A stretch of 64,000 nt of DNA, from NCBI RefSeq assembly GCF_032191835.1, contig NC_083223.1, positions 250,666,001-250,730,000 on the forward strand, written 5' to 3'. The position numbers and the translations under genes are program-made. The notes beneath the pieces are model-generated. The model had not been told where the DNA came from. It did not search any database and worked only from the letters and a program-made list of their open reading frames with translations. Positions 45,554 through 58,626 of this stretch are shown here, in pieces; position 1 is the stretch's first letter; each line of letters starts with the position of its first letter. This DNA is from Heteronotia binoei. Lineage: Eukaryota.

Positions 45554-46331
45554 ACCTAGTGTATCAGTAGACTAGCCAGGGGCAAGGAGAACTGAACAGG
45601 TATAAAAGAATCCTGATTAACATAGTATTGTGAGAACACTACCAGACAGAAGTTCTTTGGCTTATTATAAACATTTTTTTTGGGGGGGGGGGTTGGGGGG
45701 GAGGTGCAGATGTTCCCTGGGTGTGCATGAACCTCTCCCAGTAACTGGGAAACTAATACATTTTAGGAAATAAGTGGCTTCTCTGGCCATGATGCTGGCT
45801 TTCTGCTTGTTTGTGAGGAATGGATATCACATTGTTGTGCTCCATCTTCTCACAGGTTGCCCCAGTTCCCACAGGGTCTCCTAATTATGTGATTTGAGGC
45901 TGGGGACAGCTCAGAACCCCTGTTTACAACCCTGTTCCCCAAAATTTGCTCCTTCAGCTTTGGAGGGGCACAGCTCATTTCCCCTTTCCTTTTCTCCTGT
46001 TTTCTGCTGGAAGCATCTAGGAATGGTGTAGCTGGATAGGAACTTGCTGTGCACGAAGCTTATTTGCTGGATTTTTTTCTAGGCAGAGTTGCGTTGGCTG
46101 GATTTATTATTAGTGCCTCGCCCATATTACCCAAAAGTGGCCTCTTTTAAAATATTTAATTATATGTGAACTTTTTGTTATTTTTTTAAAGCCTTGAAAT
46201 ATTAGGTTTGGGACCAGGAGAGGGCAACCCCTTTTCTCCCTCTCCCTCCCATTTGTAACTGGGTACAAACCTTAAATGGCTAATTTAATATATTGGTTGT
46301 GATGGGGCATTTTGCCATTGGAAATCTAGAG

Positions 46332-46337
46332 AATAAA
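46332..46337 (+). terminator. Candidate distal polyadenylation signal of FAM89B (a proximal AATAAA lies at 44988-44993)
   Basis: AATAAA after an AU-rich, UTR-like stretch and followed by GT-rich sequence (TCTGGTTGTGTTT). Confidence 0.5.
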
Positions 46338-47051
46338 ATGCCTCATCCTGTTAACAAACCAAGGTCTGGTTGTGTTTCATTCCCAGGTGCAGGACAGGGT
46401 AATGTTCTGAAAGGGGATTAAGTGTGTCTAACGGGAGTTATAAACCAGGTAAGCTGGAGCTATATAGGCAAAGGTGTGAATATGAGAAGAATGTTCCCAT
46501 TGGACATTCACTCTTCTTATTGCCAGCACAGGATCATTTGATATCTCCATAATTTCCTGAATCCGTACACTTCTGGAGGAGAACAAAAGAGCTAGCTGTT
46601 TTTAACCATCACAAATTCATTCTTTCCTCCTCCTTGTCTGCTATCTGGCAAAGCAGCATTAACGAACCCTTCCCAATCCACCACAGATGTTCAGCCTCTC
46701 CAAGTACCTATCAACACCTTTCATACTCCACTAAGGCCTGCCTCACCAGCTCCCTCTTCCTCACTCTCTGCTCAAGGTGGAAATAGAAACCATCTGTTCT
46801 GATATCTCTCTTTCGTGCTTTCCCTTCTCCTTCTAAGTTTCCCTCTTCCCACAATCTTTTCTGTCCCCCCTCCCCACACACACACACACTTGGTGAGTTG
46901 CCTACCTGGTTTACCACATCCAATCCTTCCCCAATGTCTGGCTGCCAATAATTAGCCTATCCCTCTCCTCTGGCTCCTCTCCTACTGCACTCAGACACTG
47001 CCTTCCCCTATTCTCAAAAAGCCCTCACTTGACACTCTTTTCTCTCTAAAA

Positions 47052-47350
47052 AAGGTAAAGGTTGTCCCCTGTGCAAGCACCAGTCATTTTCGACTCTGGG
47101 GTGACGTTGCTTTCACGACGTTTTCACGGCAGACTTTTTTATGGGGTGGTTTGCTATTGCCTTCCCCAGTCGTCTGCACTTTCTTCCCAGCAAGCTGGGT
47201 ACTCATTTTATCAACCTCAGAAGGATGGAAGGCTGAGTCACCCTGGAGCCGGCTACCTGAACCCAGCTTTCGCCGGGATCAAACTCAGGTCGTGAGCAGG
47301 GTTTAGGACTGCAGTACTGCAGCTTTACCACTCTGCGTCACGGGGCTCTT
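47052..47350 (-). mobile_element. Sauria SINE (Squam1-type)
   Basis: Reverse complement of the 1206-1500 family, full length. Confidence 0.85.
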
Positions 47351-47498
47351 TTCTCTCTAACTAATCCCTAATCCCCTCATCCATAGCAGTAGAAAAGAGT
47401 AAGAGTCCAGTAGCACCTTAAAGACTAATAAAATTTGTGGCAGGGGAATTAACTTTCATGAGTCACTTCTTCTTGATAAAGCATGTAAAGAAGTGACC

Positions 47499-48472
47499 CC
47501 CTCTCTCTCTCTCTCTCGGCTTGACTTCGCGAACAAAGATTTAAGAAGGGTGCAGTAGTCCACGTCTGCTGCAGGCTCGCTGGTGGCTGACAAGACCAAT
47601 GCGGGACAGGCAGATCCGGCCACAGTGGCTGCAGGGAAAAGTCTGATTTGGGGTTGGTGCTGTAGCAGTGCGATCCTTTATTTTTTGACCACAAGTAAGG
47701 ATGCCCGTTGACCGCGGCTAGCCAACTGGGGTGGGGGAGACGAGCTTTGTTTAGGCCACCTTTTCTAGGCCCCTCTCCGTGTGGAGCAAGCAGTGCTGTC
47801 CCTAGATAAGGCTGCTTGGTCGTTCAGGGTGCTGCCGAAAAATGCTTTCGTCTCCGGGTCAGCATCAGGCGACCAATACCCTGAACCGCCTACATGCAGG
47901 ATCGGGACTGCGGCTTCCAGTGGCATCTTCCACCTGCCATTTCGCCCCTTGCCCATCGCTGCAGGACTTGGTGTGTTGTGGGTTGTGGATGTGGATATGC
48001 CCTTCAGGCCTGCGCAGAGGAATTTTTAGGTGAAGCACAGTGTGCGCGGTACTGGCCCCACCCTTTCACCTTGGGGTCATCTGCCATGGCCCAGTAAACC
48101 GGGACGCTGGCAGCGAGTCCTCCAGGTGGTAGGTGTTACATTAACGAGCTCTATCTGCCCAGGGTTGATGTTACAGTTTTCCTTCTCTTGGCTGGTGAGG
48201 TTGGTGAGCCCAGCCTGCCCATCCGGTTATACCGCCGGACATTCGGTCACACCATGACGTGGCAAACTCTGTGAGAAACGGGGGGGACCAGCGGGAAGGT
48301 GTTGCCACGGATGCAGTAATGCAGGAGAGGCCATTGCAGTGACCATCTGCCAGGCATAGCCGGACAGTGACCACGCGGCATTCACTACACCGGGAGAGGA
48401 GAGGCTATGTATTGCGCATACACTTTCCCTGGGGGGGCAGGATACCCAAGAGGCAGCCCACCCCTCCCCCCC
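47499..48472 (-). mobile_element. Internally deleted non-autonomous RTE derivative (apparent 5' region joined to the 3' end), 974 bp
   Basis: 12-bp TSD AAAGAAGTGACC at 47487-47498 and 48473-48484, and a (GA)n tail. The 3' part encodes CSHCGRICLSRIGLVSHQRAC, an RTE C-terminal zinc-finger-like motif. Confidence 0.75.
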
Positions 48473-51400
48473 AAAGAAGTGACCAGTGATTCACAAAAAC
48501 TCATATACCCTACCACAAATTCTAGTCTTCAATGTGCTACAGGACTCTTTTCTACTGCTACAGACAGATTAACACAGATCCCCATCTTGCTCTAAACCAC
48601 CCCCCCACCATAGTTGCCTTTCTCACTGAAACTCCAAGTGGATTCCTAGACATGCGTTTTCAAGTTCCCTGCTCAGAATTCAATTCCCAGGGCTGCAGGG
48701 TCCAATTTGCTTGAGAAGTGGTTTATCCTTCCATTTTCCCATCCAAAAAATGGCCTTCATGTACTGCATCAGTATAGTATTACATGGTCTCTCCAGAAGA
48801 AGACAAATATCAGCCCTCCACCCCAGGAACTGTGTGAGGTTGGGAAAATGGCATGGGGGGGGTGGACTGAAGCCCTTTCTCAAGCATTGAGGCTCTCATC
48901 TGCATCTACTTCATTTGTACTCCATCTTTCTTCCGAATGGGGACTTAAGATGACTTACATTACATTCTCTGCTCCTCCATTTTGGCTCCTTAGTTTCTCT
49001 TTCCTGCAGAAATTAAGGGCTGAACTAAACACAATGAGTTTATTTGAATATAATCTTGTTTTTTCTGTTGTAGGAGCAAGATTGCTTTCTGAGGAGAACT
49101 GGCATGCCTGGGGGGTTTCAGTCAGCATTGCCAGCTCCAGGAGATTTTGGGGATGGAGTCTGAGCGGGGCAGGGTTTGGGGAGAGACTTCAATGGGGTAT
49201 ATAATGCCATAAAGTCCACCTTCCAAAGCAGCCATTTTCCCCAGGTGAACTGATCTCTGTCGCCTGGAGATAAATTCAATAGAGGGAGATCTCAAGACAC
49301 CACCTGGAGGTTGGCAACTAATTGGAGGAGAGAGAAACTGTAATCCTTTCTCCCCCCTGTTGTTTTCTTCCTCACAGCAAGACACCACAGACCTGAAGGT
49401 AGCCATATCTTTTCCCTAGAAAGAACAGATACAGCTGGGGCGGAATCAATGCCCAATCTTGGAGACTGCATTTGTAAAGGAAGAAATTAAAAATAAAAAC
49501 CAAAGAAAGCTCACCATGCTGCTAAGCGTTAAGGTGCCTTGACCCTAATCAAGCCGTGTCCCTCATCACTCCATCCCCCTCCCCCCCTCCCAATTGCATG
49601 TTTTTCTTCCACCACCCCCTTTGGGACTAGGATCCCTACTCAAATTAGGTGGCCATTGTTCTCCGCTTCCTGTTTGCCACGCTGCCAGATTCTGTCTGGT
49701 TTTCAGATTCCCCCAACAATAGGGCTTCCCCAAGTTCCTGCTTCCTCCTATTCTTGATGCAGCCAAAATACTAGCAGCTTCCTCTCCTCCACCACTCCCT
49801 GTTAGTTCTACATACATACACACACCCCTCTGCAGCCAAGAAAGCTGAAATTGCTTTCATCTGCTTATAACATGAAAGCTGATCGCAGAGGAAGGAAAGA
49901 TCAGAGTCCCAAAGAGTCTAGACAAAACAACCCCCTTCAGACTAATTTTCATTGGAATTAACACGGAACTCTTTGTTGTGCTGCGATGAATGCGTGGCTC
50001 AAAAAACCTACCTGCACAAGTGTTTTTGTGCACATGTGCCAGTTGTCTAGACATCAGCTGCAGGCTCCTACAACACAGAAATGTTTTCCTAGCTCTCCAT
50101 CCACCTATGCCACCATGAGACAGTTTGCAGGTAAAAGCTTCCAACTGACCAATGACATTTCTTGGGGCCTGATCTGATTTGGATTCGATAACTGGAATTT
50201 CCCTTTGGATTAGGTAAGAGTTGCAAAACAGCTGCCAGCACTACCACTGATGCCAAGAAGCGACTTGGCTCCTAGTCTCAGGCTGCCAGGCTCTCCCTAG
50301 CACAGGGCAAGGCCCCACTTCCGGAAAATTCTGAAGGGTCATCTGGATTTCGGGATCTTGTTTGATCTGGTTTCCATGCTAACTAATCTTCCGAAGTTTA
50401 CCATTTGGTTAAAAGATCAGCAGGCATATCTATACATACAGGGCAGGGGATTACAAAAGGTAAGGATAAAGAGCCATAAAATACAGAAGATTATCTGTGA
50501 CGTTTCTATGCAAAACCCTTCACGAGGGCAGACATCAGATGATAACATAGCCTACCTGGCTCCTTTAAGTCATTCAACACTCCGTTTGTCTGCTCTGGCT
50601 GGCCGAGCCCTCTACCAGAGAGCACGCTGGACCTGGGGCCATCCTCATGCAAAGCGTATGATCTAACTGCTGAACTATACCACTTCAAGAGGGGGAAGGG
50701 GGAAAACAAGTATGACTTGAGGAAAGCACATGTGGCTTTTGTTCACAACCGTCTTTCAGCAGCCTGTAAACAGGAAGAGATTGATCCCTTTGTACATTTG
50801 AAAGGCACAAGAGGCTATTCTGGATAGCATCCCCTCATGGCGTACGTGGCGTGCATTCTGCGCTCGGATTCTTTCTACTCAGATGACCCATCCTGAAGAG
50901 TTGGCAGGAACCCATTCTGGATGGCTTCTGTTCATTGTTGTTTTTCGCTAACAAGTCACAGCTGACTCATAGTGACCCTGAAGGGTTTTCAAGGCATGAA
51001 GATGTTAAAGGGTGACTACTTGCCATGGCTTGTCTCTGTATCACAACCCTGGTACTTCTTGGAGGTTTCCTGTCCAAATACTAGCCAGGGCTGACCCTGT
51101 TTAGTTTTTAAGATCTGAAAAGATCAGGCTAGGTCGGACTTGGCTTTTGTAAGAGCAGGATAATTGAGGCATTGGTCTGCACTTAAGGTGTCTAGCAGCA
51201 CCATCCTAAGAACAAGTTACACCCTTTTAATCACTTCAAAGGACTTAGACAGGGTCTTGGAACAACATAAGAACATAAGAGAAGCCATGTTGGATCAGGC
51301 CAACGGCCCATCCAGTCCAACACTCTGTCACACAGTGGCAAAAAAATTTATATATACACACACACTGTGGCTAATAGCCACTGATGGACCTGTGCTCCAT

Positions 51401-54085
51401 ATTTTTATCTAAACCCCTCTTGAAGGTGGCTATACTTGTGGCCGCCGCCACCTCCTGTGGCAGTGAATTCCACATGTTAATTACCCTTATAAGAACATAA
51501 GAGAAGAAGCAAAGCAGGCTTGGAAGGAAAGCAGGCTTGGCCCTGACTACTGGATGGGAAACCACCAAGGAAGTCCAAGGCTGCTATGCAGAGGCAGGCA
51601 ATGGCAAACCACCTTTGAATGTCTCTTGCCTCAAAAACCAAACAGGGTCATTAGAAGCAGGGGTTTTTTTGTAGAAAAAGCCCAACAGGAACTTATTTGC
51701 ATATTAGGCCACTCCCCCTGACACCAAGCCAGCCAGAACTGTGTTCCTGTACATTCCTGCTAAAAAAATAAAACATGCCCAGACTAGAAGTCAGCTGCTT
51801 ACATACATGCTTACATAAACAAACACACAACCCTGTCTTGGATCATGAATGGCCATCTGCTAGTGGAAAGTGAACTTTGACAATTAAGAGGTATATCTCA
51901 AGTATAGCACAATGATCTTTGCTTCCGTTCTGCCTTTTATTAAAACACATATAAGTCCAACTTAAATTTTAAAATACCATTTGTGAATAATTATTATGAA
52001 ATAAATAATTATTATGAAATAAAGAATCCAATGTATTGTTTACCCCTAGCAGTAGCAAGGATTAATTAAAGATGCTCACTTCTGCTACAAAGCTCTTAGG
52101 TTTATATTCTTTAAAGATATTACTTCATAACAAAATCTTGTCCACCAGTGCTCAGCTGTCCTGCTTAATCGAGCGCACATTATTGACTCATATTATGGGC
52201 TTCTAGCATCCTACAAAATTATCTATACTTAGATATGCTTAAATAAATCCACTAAGTTATGTGTATGCTTTAACACATTTTTGCTACATTTAATCATTAT
52301 CACGGATATTAAAAACAATGATTACAAGTTCTGAATACATGCAATTATCTGTTGGCTACTAACCCATAAACCACATATTTGAACTGTGCCTTCCTGTCTG
52401 TCCTTGACTAACAATTCTGTTTTCCAGACAGTCCTTGCACCTGGGCCGAACTTTTACTCAGTGATCATTCCTTGAATCTACTGATATAAATCCTGACTCT
52501 CTCTGATCTGCTTCAAGGCTATAATAGCCCGCAGCCCCTTTGTATAAATATTTACTGAAACCAATGTTTCTAGACTACATATATGCCATTTATTATTATT
52601 ATGTTGTTGTTTGCCAGGACTGGCAACTGCTCCTCAGTAGTCTTTGCTAGCTCTATGAGCGGCTCCCTAATAGGCTGAAATGTAATTGCGGGAGAAGGGC
52701 TAGGTGTGCCGAGAACAGGGAGTTGGCACCCCCACAAAATGGCTGCCAAGTGCTGGCACCAATCAGAAAATGTTGGGAGGTGGCAAGCCAAACATCATCC
52801 TATGATGGAAGTACCCACTTCTGAATGCCGTCTGCAGAAACAAACACGATATCTCTCAGGCTCTCCTGAAGCTCTTTCTATTACAATGTAGTAGAAAACC
52901 AGGACTACATTTGGCTTTGAGGAAGAAACAAATGAGCATCAGGAATCCCATCAGTGGCCATCACATCGGACAAGTCTGTTAGGAGCCCTTGGCAGAAGTG
53001 AAACCAAAGTCCAGAGCAACCTCTCATCCACAGACTCACAGTGCACAGGCTTTTCTTGCCAACCAACAAGCAGGGCAGGAACTCTACACCCTCCCCTTGG
53101 CAGCTTGAACTGTTCTTTGCCCTTAGAAAGTTGCTCTGTCGGCTTCATTCAGTTGCATCTTCCTTAGTTGAACTCCTTTGTTGTGTTCTTGACAGACTTC
53201 AGCAGAAAACATGGCATCTCCCAGCTCCTCTTTGCCACTTGGGCAAAAGCCACCTGAAAGTGACGCCCCAGGGGCAGCCGCGTTCTTCTGCTGAGTCAGT
53301 GTGAGTGGTTGGTTCTAGCCAGGCTGAGTCATGGGCAGGCCCTGTTTACCCTGGGTGGGGCACGGGAGAGGGCTGTTTCCCAAGTAGATCTCCCTTTAAA
53401 GTTCTTGTATATCTGTGATCTTGGTTTTCTGACTAGTTTTCAATTGCCAGCTTTTCCCTCTGCACAAGCTGAACACTGTGGCATCTGCTTTCCCCACACA
53501 CCTCTCTGAGGGCATTCAGTGTGTTTCTCAAAGCATACACATTACTGTCCGATAGGGCTGCCAACCTCCAGGCAGGGTCAGATCTAGTGGGGGGCAGAGG
53601 GGGCACTTGCCCTGGGTGCCCCCGGAGGGGGGCACCAAATTGGGTATGGAGTCCATTCTATTCTATGGGCCCATAAGGGGGTGTAATTTTTTAATTACTG
53701 GATGTAATTAAAAACCATGTAGATCTGGTCCTGTCTCCAGGCACTGACTGAAGATCTCCTGGGATTACAATTGATCTCCAGACTACAGAGATCAGCTGAC
53801 CTGGAGAAAACAGCTGATCTGGAAGGTAGATTCTATGGCATTATACCCCACTGAAGTCCTGCCCCTCTCCAAGCCCCCCCCCCCCCCGATATTTTACAAT
53901 ACAGACCTGGCAACCTTATTGCCCCTTGTGCAAAGATGTGGTATGCAGTAATAATGTGCCACATGTGCTCTGGGCTTGGAAGAAAAGAAACCAAACAGGA
54001 AAGAAGAAGGAAAAGGAGGAGATTGGATTTATACCCCACCCCTCACTTGCAGTTTTAGAGTGGTTTACAATCTCCTTTCTTTTAA

Positions 54086-54372
54086 GAGAGCCAGTTTGGT
54101 GTAGTGGGTAAGTGCATAGACTCTTATCTGGGAGAACCGGGTTTGATTTCCTACTCCTCCACTTGCACCTGCTGGAATGGCCTTGGGTTAGCCATAGCTT
54201 TGGTAGAGGTTGTCCTTGAAAGGGCAGCTTCTGTGAGAGCCCTCTCAGCCCCACCCATCTCACAGGGTGTCTGTTGTGGGGGGAGAAGATATAGGTTAGG
54301 AGATTGTAGGCCGCTCTGAGACTCTGATTCAGAGAGAAGGGCGGGGTATAAATCTGCAATTCTTCTTCTTCT
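54086..54372 (+). mobile_element. Squam2-like SINE nested in an opposite-orientation copy (53995-54085 and 54373-54480)
   Basis: The flanking fragments rejoin into one minus-strand copy when this copy is removed. Confidence 0.7.
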
Positions 54373-55789
54373 ATTCTTCTTCCCTCAACAGACGCCCTAT
54401 GAGGTAGGTGGGGCTGAGAGAGCTCTGAGAAAACTGCTCTTGGGAGAACAGCTCGGAGAGAGCTGTGGCTGACCTAACTGCTACATTCTGAACAGTCTTC
54501 AAATGCAGACGCACTTAGGATGTATTGCAGTAGCCCAACCAGATTATAATCAGAGCAAAGATAACTGTGACCAAATGTGTCTCTTCCTTTATTCTGAGTG
54601 TTATACCTTATCCTGTAGACTTGAAGTGGTTACTTGCCATTTCTAATGTACACTGAGAATTATATCAAGCTCAATATCCCCACAAGGGCTCTCAGTGGGT
54701 TATAGCACAAAAATAAAAAACCCGGCAGATTATAAATGATTTTGGTTCTGCACAGTAGAATAAAATCACTCCAGCGTGGTATAGTAAAGAGACTACTAGG
54801 TGTGAACTATGGCGACCTGGGTTCAAACATCTCCTCAAGCACTGAGTTCACTGTGAGGTAAAGGACTGTGTCTTAAACCACCCTATCTCACAGGATTATT
54901 GTTAAAAACAAGCAAAATCCCAATTTCCTTAAATGGGATGTAAATATGCGGATGACAAATACCTGACAACTTGTTAAAAACCAAAGGGAAAAGACAAGAT
55001 AGCCAGAAACTTCGGTGAGGCTCATGGGAAAGGCGTTCCACCAAATGCTAGGGAAAACAGAGTCACTTCTCTGGAATTTATACAAATACAGCATTCAAAA
55101 TGAGAGACATATAGGGGTTCAGGTCTGTTTAGAAGCCCCACCATACCCCCATAAGTATGCACAGACACACAGAATTTTAATTCCAACAATCATGGTCTAA
55201 GTAAGGTCTGATACAAAGACAGGGTAAGTTAGCTCTTTGTTTATATATTTTGGAGAAATGTTATGTTATATTCTTTCACAAATTTCTTGGACCCTCCCAT
55301 CTGACTTTCGGGAATCTCTATGTAAGATCCAGTCACTTGGTTGCTAAATTTGGGGCAATGTGTTCCCATGATGGACATGTCCACCCGAGATGACGCTGGA
55401 ACCTGTTTGGGATCAGTTTACGGGGTGCTTATTTATACTCTCTGAGCTGGAAGTCAAGTATGCGAGAGGGAAAGCTGCAGACAAGGTGGGTGAGGATGGG
55501 AATGGATGGGAAGGAGGATTCAGAGACCTCAGATTGGGCTCATAAGGACAAGAAGGCCTGAAATTGAGATAGGCAACTTTCAAGGGGCTGAAAGGATGCT
55601 GAAGGGGAATACTGGGCAGCCTAATTTAAAACAGAGCAGCAAATCTTGCCCTATGGCTACCTTGTCGCACAGAATCGCACCCCCTATAAGCCACTTTCAA
55701 CAAACAATTGCAGATGTATGCAGCTACTCCTTTTGAGTAGCTGCATATGTTGAGAACCTGAGGCATGTCATATAAGCGTGGAACAGGAG

Positions 55790-55808
55790 TCATCATCATC
55801 ATCATCAT
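55790..55808. repeat. (CAT)n microsatellite
   Basis: Six CAT units. Confidence 0.85.
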
Positions 55809-55984
55809 TTAATTTATATCCCGCCCTCCCCGCCGAAGCAGGCTCAGGGTGGCTAACAACATAAATCAATACATTAGAGTCCTTGCAGTGGGGCAGAATG
55901 CCCGGATACAGTTCCCAGTGTATCATTCAGTCCCTGGCATTCAAAACAAAGAGGAGGGGAGTGCTTATCTAGCCTTTAAGGCAG

Positions 55985-56094
55985 GCCACTGTGGCCGGAC
56001 CTGCCTGTCCCGCATTGGTCTTGTCAGCCACCAGCGAGCCTGCTGCAAACGTGGACTATTGCACCCTTCTTAAATCTTCGTTCGCGAAGCCAAG

Positions 56095-56128
<34 letters not shown>
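55985..56128 (+). mobile_element. 5'-truncated copy of the same RTE 3' end with a (GA)n tail
   Basis: About 90% identical by eye to the reverse complement of 47499-47630; TSD AAGGCAG at 55978-55984 and 56129-56135. Confidence 0.85.
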
Positions 56129-56132
<4 letters not shown>

Positions 56133-56540
56133 CAGGGGTGTCAAACATGTGGCCCGGGGACCAGATCAGGCCCCTGGATGGCTCCTATCAGGCCTGTGAG
56201 CAAGTCTGTTTCCTTCTCTCTTTCCCTTATTTCTTCCTGTGTCACAGCTTGCTTTGCCAGGCTTGCTCAGTCAGCCAGGAGCTACAGAGCAAAGCCTCTA
56301 CTTTCTCCATTGGCTGAAGCTCCTCCCTTGGGGAGGTAGAGGGAGAGCTTGCTCCGCCAGGTTCTCTCAATCATACAGAACTAATCAGCCAAGTCTTTCT
56401 TCCTTCTATTGGCTGAGGCTCCTCCCCCTCCTGGTCCCCGAGGGAGGGAAAGAGCCAGTTTCCTTTGCCCAGTTCCCTTAATCCCACTGGAGAAAGCACC
56501 TTTAAAAAGAAAAAAAAGCATCTCTGTGTCCTTTATAAAG
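56133..56540 (+). mobile_element. hAT/Charlie-like non-autonomous element fragment
   Basis: Begins CAGGGGTGTCAAACATGTGGCCCG, a Charlie-type terminus. The right end is approximate. Confidence 0.55.
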
Positions 56541-58247
56541 TTTGTATCTTCACTTCCTGGTATTGCATTTTATGACACACGTAACCCAGCCTGACAAGGT
56601 CTCCTTTATGTCAGATCCGGTCCTTATAACAAATGAGTTTAACATCCCTGCTTTATGGTCTTCTGGAATGAAATCAGAGCAATGCCACAGATTAGTGGTG
56701 AGGGAAATTGGGTTCAGATCCTCATTCACCTCTATCTATCAATCTATCTCCTGTCTTTATCTCTAGTGGGGACCCAAAGCTACTTACATTGTTCTCCTCT
56801 CCTCTTTATGCTCACAACAACCCTGTGAGGTAGATTAGGATGGGAGTGTGTATGACTGTCCCAAGATCACCTAGCTAGCTTCCATGGCAGAGTGGAGATT
56901 CAAACACAGGTATCCCAGATCATTTTAACTACTATACTGGAGTGGTCAAACTTGTTTAACAAAAGAGCCACATAGAATAAACACTCCTCTGGCTGGTTTG
57001 GCTTGGAGAAGTGATTTAAAGAGACGAATGCCTTCTCCAAGCCAGCCAATGAGGTATTGGAGGCTCTTGAGAGTCACACAATATGTGTGAAAGAGCCATA
57101 TGTGGCTCTCAAGCTGCAGTTTGGCCACCCCCACACAATACTATGATGGCCCTCGGTTCAGTCACTGTTGTTCTCCCTCACAAGGTTGTTGTTGAGGACA
57201 AATATAGAAAGGAGAACTCTGTCTCCTTCCTTGGAGGAACAGTGGGATTAAAATGTGATATAATATTTATCCCCAGCTCTTACATGGAAGGAGGGAGAGA
57301 AATACCTTCTGCAAGTGTCCGGAGTCTTTATTTATTCTCTCACATACTGTTGGCCTCGATCCTCCAGGAAAGCTCTGCTCAGCAGCATTAGTAGCTTAAC
57401 TACTGAGTATGTACACTTTGCTGAGGGTTGGCTGGCAGCAGAGCCAGAGTTCCAACTGGCCAGGATCCCACCCGCCTGGCCACTCGCCCAAGAAAGAGAA
57501 TGTACAGCCAGGAAAGAGAAAATGAATCAAGTGTTTTGTTATTTTTCCACTTCCTAGAAGCAGCAATTTGAAAAACAAACGCGTGGGGCGTTGTACAAAC
57601 GAATGCCACAGTTGGTTCTCAGCCCAGTCCAAGCACTTTGTACATGCTCAAAGGCATACCGCCCTAACATGATTTAGCGTTTAAAGCAGCTGGTTTGTCA
57701 GAGCAATCTGCACAGGCAGATTAAAAAAAAAACTTTTAAAAAGTTTGCTGAGAAAAAACACTCCGTGCATGGTCAGAAACACTCCGCTCAACTGCCAGAT
57801 CGTTTAACAAAAGGTGGGGCCAAGGCAAGGGCAGAGAGATGGCCGCCCCCCCCTTCTCTACTCCCGCCCTCCAGTGTTGACTCGCGAGGCGGGAGTCGCT
57901 GTCAGCTGTGCCTCCCTCCACGCTCCCTTCCTCCCCCGCTCCGCCTTCTCCGCTCGAGGTTCACTCCCACAGCCGTTCCGCCTTTACCATTAGCGGACTG
58001 CTATCTCCCCCCCACCTCCCCTCCCCCGAGCTCGGGGTTGGATTCTGCAACTTTCTTGCACCACCAACTTCCTTCTCTGCGAGCGCAGCCTAGACGCGCG
58101 GAGGCGTCTTCGATAGTCCCGTCGTAGACTTCGGGGAGACAGCGATGGGGGCCAGGCGAGGAGGAGGCGGCCGGCTGTGAAGAAGGGCGAACCAGCTACC
58201 GAGCGGACCGCGGCAGCCGGCGGGGACAGGAGGAGGGCTGGATCATC

Positions 58248-58351
58248 ATGAGCTCGGTCTGGAAGCGGCTCCAGCGCGTCGGGAAGCGAGCGGCCAAGTT
58301 CCAGTTCGTGGCCTGTTACCAGGAGCTCGTCGTGGAATGCACCAAGAAATG
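58248..58351 (+). CDS. EHBP1L1: EH domain-binding protein 1-like 1, first coding exon (N-terminal C2-like domain); gene continues beyond the window
   Basis: MSSVWKRLQRVGKRAAKFQFVACYQELVVECTKKW, then donor gtgag at 58352. The order ZNRD2-FAM89B-EHBP1L1 matches mammals. Exon 2 was not found before 64000. Confidence 0.93.
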
Positions 58352-58400
58352 GTGAGCGCGCACCGCAGAATGGTGAAACGGGACGAGGAGGAGGATTGGG

Positions 58401-58626
58401 GACTGGAGCACTTGTGAATGCACTAGGGAAGTGAGGGGCGGGGCGAAGAAAGCAGGCAGCAGGAAGTGGAGCACCAGGACTGGTGAATCGGGCGCGTGCA
58501 CTCCAAAGGGCGGAGACTGGGGCACTTGTGAATGCACAAGGGAAATGAGGGGGAGAGGCGAAGAAAGCAGGGAGCAGGAAGTGGAGCACCAGGACTGGTG
58601 AATCGGGCACATGTACCAAAAGGGCG
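58401..58626 (+). repeat. Two-copy tandem duplication (unit about 114 bp) at the start of EHBP1L1 intron 1
   Basis: Units start at 58401 and 58515 and share GCACTTGTGAATGCAC and GCAGGAAGTGGAGCACCAGGACTGGTGAATCGGGC. Confidence 0.9.

Noticed and set aside
47830-47875. Minus-strand CUGAUGC...GAAA inside the RTE derivative
   Set aside because: Core A9 is absent and stem II does not pair convincingly.
48707-49204. 165-aa ORF on +
   Set aside because: Runs through SINE and MITE fragments; no coherent protein features.
50011-50066. Exon-like segment on - with AG/GTAGG boundaries
   Set aside because: Isolated, with no partner exons or homology recognised; such sites arise by chance.
50490-50545. 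Minus-strand CUGAUG...GAAACGUC hammerhead-like motif
   Set aside because: A9 is U and stem I pairs for only one base; probably coincidental.
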